From assembly GCA_003344405.1 (NCBI GenBank), contig NOWV01000157.1, forward strand, positions 124,001 through 181,416: a DNA stretch of 57,416 bases. Direction: 5' to 3'. This DNA is from Trichoplax sp. H2 (taxonomy: Eukaryota). Within the stretch, counting starts at the first letter, position 1; the number at the start of each line of letters is the position of its first letter. The translations under genes and the position numbers were made by a program. Below are positions 51,982-57,416 of the stretch, one piece after another. Below the pieces are notes generated by a model. That model did no database searches, had not been told where the DNA came from, and saw nothing but the letters and a program-made list of their open reading frames with translations.

Positions 51982-54900
51982 ATGACTTCTACAAGATTGA
52001 TGATGATGAAGATATCAATCATATCGATTTGTTACATCATTTTGCAATTTAACCTTTTACAAGCATCAGGTATGAATAACATCTTTTACTTATAGTTCAT
52101 TATTCAGAATTCTATTGATTACATAGAGAAATAGCGTAAATTAGCTTTTTGTTAGATATCATTATAAGATATTATTCGTAACTTGCATACTCAGAAAAGC
52201 TACGGTAAAAGGAGTATATTAGAGCTTAAATATTTTTACGTGAATTTATAGTGCTATTGATATGTTCTGAATTAATAATGCTAGAAGAGATTAATAGACT
52301 TATTCTAATAAAACCCTGAGTTATTAGTTTGAGATTGTGCTGTAATGATAAATTACTACATACGTGCGTTGTTGTACTTTATTAATTACTTTATGAAATT
52401 TCTAATTGGTAATATGATACTGTACAATCAATTGAAATGAAGTATCTTTTCATTTACCGCTTGGAGCGAGCTGCGTTCAAGATTTCATTTTGACTTCATT
52501 TCATCTCTTACGTGTATCTTCAGTCAAGTAAAATTTCTTTTTCTGTTAAAGTGGAACTTTAGTATCAATTACAAATCTAGAGTACTGATAGCTCAAATCT
52601 GCATTGCAAGGCTCCATTTTTGCATTACTCTCAATAATATAGTCATAGTTGTGTGTATACATAACTAGTTTGAATGAATAAGTAATCTTGGTTCCCAACA
52701 CTATCTGCCATTATTTACTTCGTAGGAAATATTAGTTTCGTTTAGAGGGTAAGATATATCCATTCTATTGAAAATATATAAGTCCAGGATCAAATATCGC
52801 CTCCATTATGAAACAGATGGTAGAATTACCCTAGACGTTTTAAAGCAACAATAGTAAAGTCTGCAAAAAGTGAAAATCAAAATTAAAGTAATAAATACCA
52901 TAAAGTAAAAGTACTTTCGAATCGTAAAATTATGATGTGGTTTTGAAGCGTTACATTATTAACATCACAAGTGAAAAGGGGCTAGCAGGGATCAATAGTA
53001 TCAAGTAATAACACATTATTTTATGTAACTTTCTTATTATTGACACATAAAATCGTTCTTGTGCTCTAGTTTCAGAGTTTTGCTAATTTAATCGCTTAGT
53101 TGCAGTATTTTGCATGTATAACGAAGTGATACTTTTGATAATAGACTTATAATCCTTCGATATTAGTAGGCATTATTACTAGCAAGTTAAGAGGCTACGA
53201 GCAGTTTCTCATCATCCTTCTGAAAATCTTTCAATAATGATTAATTGTAAGCGTACTTAAATCGATGTGCCAATTAAAATCGGCGGCAATTGCTAACTTT
53301 ATATACGCGTACATGATGAAAAGGATGCATTACATTTACAGAACCTAACACCGAACTCCTAAGGCTAAAATTTTGATTAAATATTAAACCAGTTATCAAA
53401 TTCTGATGTTCACATACAAACGTAATATTGAAAAGTTGTCTCGCTTTTACTGTATCAGCATAATTATGGTTATTTTGTCATTCTAGGGTCAGCTTTCGCT
53501 ATATCCTTACTTAATGAAAGTTAATTATTACCAAAGATAAATCCTAGTACAAATAGATAAGGAATTTATGCTTGATATTATAGATTTACATATTGATTCT
53601 CGATATCTATTCACACTTTGGTGTTGATTACCTCTAAGATTAGCCGTGTATCTATAGCAGATACTTCACTGCTTATAGTTCTCACTAAGCAATTATGAAG
53701 CGCGCGATAGTTATGTATTGCAATCTAATATTTAGATAGCAGTTCTGTCATACGATATGTCAGTAGAAATTTTCGAATTACCGTAGTTATACCCGTATGC
53801 TGTATAAAATTTGATCAAATGGGCTGCTATTAACATTCCTTAGTATTTTAGCACACTCCTTTAAATAAAACAATATAAATTGAACGTCAGTATATTTAAT
53901 GTCAATAAAATAACTAAGTTTAAGTTAATCAATCTACCTAGAGCCGCAATGTCCTCAAGAATGCCGTTGTCGAAGCAGAACCACCATAACTTGCTGCAAT
54001 TCACTCATCGTCAAATTTCCAGTCACAAATATACCTATGGTTAATGTTACTGAATTGTACGTACATAGCAATATCTTTTGGAGTACTTCCTTTAAATAAG
54101 TAATACATCGCAATTAGCATGGATAGCTTTTTTATGTTTCTTATTTATTTCACAAAAGTGAGGATCCTAACCAATAAACAACGCTCCTTAAATTCAGTAA
54201 CCTTAACGTTCTAATTTCTAATTGGCAAATTATTTACTATGCAATTTATGTTACGGCAAAGAAATATTTCTACAACAAGAATTCGAAGAATCCAGGATAA
54301 TGATCTATATAACTATCCAAATCTGATGATATTGTAAGGAAATCAACAATTATCATATTACCATCCACTTACGTACAATCTGTGCAATTTGCGTACTATT
54401 CATTTAGCTAATGAAAAGAAAATGATATTAACCTACTATTTTATTATTTTAGAAAATTATCACATAATAAAATTGAACGCATTAATGACAAAGCTTTCGC
54501 AAACTTTACAAAGCTGCGATCAATGTGAGCAATTTTGAGATAACATGCTTGAATATTCCTTATAACTTAGAAGTTGGTTTCCTTTTATTTATAATGTCGC
54601 AATAATCTATGATATTAAACTGTAGAGCAGCAAAGTATTAAATAGTAAATTTTTTTGCTATATTAAGCACAGCATCCTTCAGATTTTAAACCGTTATCAT
54701 CCAAAAATACGTAACTAATTGATTACAATCTACCTAGTTGTAACATAACAGACAAATATTGCCGTTTTAATTGTAGCTGCAAATGCAAAAGGCACGAGTA
54801 AATCAACCAGTAAACTTAAGATAACTAAGTAAATACTTTCTAAGCTCTTAAGGGCTAGAGCGGAGTAACGAGTAATAATATCTTCGTTTCGTTAGTTAAT

Positions 54901-57127
54901 GAACATATATCCTAATTTTTCAACAATACTTTCGAAATTTTTGGCACATACTATATTAATTAATCATTAGACAGCTGTATGAGTTAATCTGCTTTCATTT
55001 TTGCATTAATATCTGTACTGTAAATTGATGCAGGTGGCTGTTAGGAAATTTGCTGCATTATTTAAGCTCCGTACGAATATTTCAAGGGTTATCAAACTTG
55101 AAATACTTGTAAGCAACATGTATTGTAATCATAGGTCTCAAAAATGAATAGTTGTATTTCTATTTTTATACCGGCAATAAATGAGTAAGCTTAGACTAGA
55201 CATAATGACAGAAATTTCTATGACCTTTGTAAAGTGATGGTAGTATTAGTCAGCCACTGGTTCAATTGTAAATTTGTATTAGAAACATAATCTTACACTG
55301 TTCCTGAACATTTGACTACTACTAATTTACGATAATACTAAGTTCTCATCTTACGATAAAGTAATACAAGCAGCACCTAGGAGATATTAAACTATAGCGT
55401 TAAAACTTTACTGCCCTACGATGATACTAAGAAACTCATGTTACCGTAAAGTATTACTAGCAGCATCTAGAAGATATAGGACTTTATCGTTAAACCTGTA
55501 AATCATAAAGAAGGCTTAATATTCATTTACCTGCTTCGAGTAAAAAATATATGACAAGAAATTTAATTGTGATTAATTAGATATTTAAATGATAATAAGA
55601 TGGAAAAGATTGCGGACGGAGTGTTTGCGGATTTGGGTAATCTAGAAACGCTGTAAGTTGTTATAACACGATGTTATGTTCCATTGATAAATTTATTGCA
55701 ATTTGTGAATAGTGTTCTTTGATACTTAAAGCCATCATCATCCTATGCTGTAACCTGCATATTTTATTCTTGTACTATATGTATATGTATACCATATTAT
55801 TTGACAAATAATTGCTTAAATCATATCATGTATACTTGTTACAGAGATTTGTCTGGGAATTTACTAAAGGTTCTAGCTTCTCCAAGGATGCTCGGGGGAT
55901 TATCGAATTTGACTGAGCTGTAAGCAAGACATACATTTACATACAAAAACGAGCCATATAGCCCCAAAATCACTTTGAGTAGCTTCTTAATTATAGATTG
56001 CATGCTTTAAATTTATCTGTTACTGCCATGTATAGTTACTGTATAATTAATTATGACAATTATCATGGACTTGTCTATTCAGGCCGACAGTTAAGAGATT
56101 TATAATATTTAGAAAAATCGGATTAATTTTGTTTATAAGAAAACTATACACAATGTTTTTGCTATTTTGAATAATGTTAAAGTCATACATGTGTATAATA
56201 TGAATAATCCTTATAAGAAATGTATGTATAATGATAATAAATTTTTAGCGATGATCTAATTAAATCTAGATACCTTCATAAAAGTAAGATTGAGAAGATT
56301 GGGGATGAAGTTTTTGCAAGTTTACCTAAATTACAAATATTGTAAGTTCTGGCAAGGGATATCAGAAATTGTTACTTGAACACGTTATATTTTAAGTTTT
56401 AGAGTTTACCGAAGAATATTAAAGAAAAGTCTTTGTAATAGTTTATAAATATGTTTATCGTTTCTTTTCCGAAAAAGTAATTAAAATGCATTAATGCTTA
56501 TAACTAACTGATGTAGATGGCTTAATGAAAATTTGTTGAGTGCATTAGCTACTCTAAAAATCTTCAAAGGATTGAAAAGTTTGAAAACATTGTAAGTGAG
56601 AGAAACTTTAATTTCCGGAAATAAGCATTTGATTAAAGAAAGATTAAGATGCTTGATAGTCATTGGTTAAAATAAATTAATATTTAGTATTTCACGTCTT
56701 CTATGTGCAACGCTATTGCATTATAACAAGTACATTAAAATACAGGTGTAGAAATAACCTTTTAATAACATGCAATTGAAAATCATTTTCCGTTTTAGAT
56801 ACTTAGGCAACAATAAAATACAGAGAATTAGCGATGGAGTATTTGCTGGTCTAAATAGTTTACGGACACTGTAAGTTATTACATGGTTACTTCAATACTA
56901 ATGAAAGAACATTAAATTGCAATTTAAGGTGCACAGTGCAGCATAGCTTCATCAGTTTATGTAATTGCTGTAATAGTATGCTCTGAGTACACTTAGTTCA
57001 TCTGGCTATGTAGAATTGCTTTTGAATGATTTTATACTAATAATTGATGTAGAAAATTAAATGGAAATTTATTGACTGCTTTAACTTCCCTAAAACTATT
57101 CAAAGGACTATCAAATTTGGAATCACT
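51982..57127 (+). CDS. Signal peptide + LRRNT + at least 8 typical LRRs (extracellular LRR protein, possibly an LRR-GPCR); probably continues past the window end
   Basis: Exons 51982-52069 (MTSTRLMMMKISIISICYIILQFNLLQAS), 53942-54056 (EPQCPQECRCRSRTTITCCNSLIVKFPVTNIP), then LRR exons 54453-54524, 55034-55108, 55581-55652, 55845-55919, 56270-56341, 56517-56591, 56799-56870, 57053-57127. All have GT-AG boundaries, phase 2-2, an LxxLxLxxN consensus and no stops. Confidence 0.9.
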
Positions 57128-57416
57128 GTAAGTTTTAAATAATTTAGGCGTACATTTAAAAATTATTAGTGCCAGTATATTACTTAAAATAAACATTAGA
57201 TAATTTAATTAAACAGACCTTTCGAAACTACTTGAGTATTACTGATATCTAGTGCTTCTGCGCTATGGCTCTCTTATATGAATTCCTGGTATTTATATTT
57301 CATTCTACAGTGAAGAGCTGATGAAAAGTAATAAGTTATTATTTTGCAATATATTAGAGATATCATTAAAATAAAAGTATCGACTTGTCACAACCCTCAC
57401 TTGTGGCAAAGGAAAG

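Overview
AT-rich eukaryotic (early-branching animal) genomic DNA with compact genes and short GT-AG introns. Intron sizes, intronless rhodopsin-type GPCRs, exon-per-repeat LRR genes and pervasive TACAGTA/TACTGTA motifs suggest a placozoan such as Trichoplax (inference). Manual exon walking supports these genes: the 3' part of EME1 (+), SPSB3 (+), an intronless class A GPCR (-), a 14-exon PICK1 (+), an intronless TDP2-like EEP phosphodiesterase (-), a 4-exon KAR5/GEX1/Brambleberry-family nuclear-fusion gene (-), IQCK (+) with an RFX X-box promoter, and the 5' part of a secreted or membrane LRR gene built from strictly alternating 72/75-nt symmetric exons (+). Intergenic DNA holds several local tandem arrays, a ~167-bp foldback element, CRE/AP-1-rich regulatory islands, and probable decayed pseudogenes (GPCR, death-fold plus kinase, LRR-GPCR, unassigned). 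I found no rRNA, tRNA, CRISPR array or intact transposase. Family calls come from recognising motifs by eye, not from database searches.
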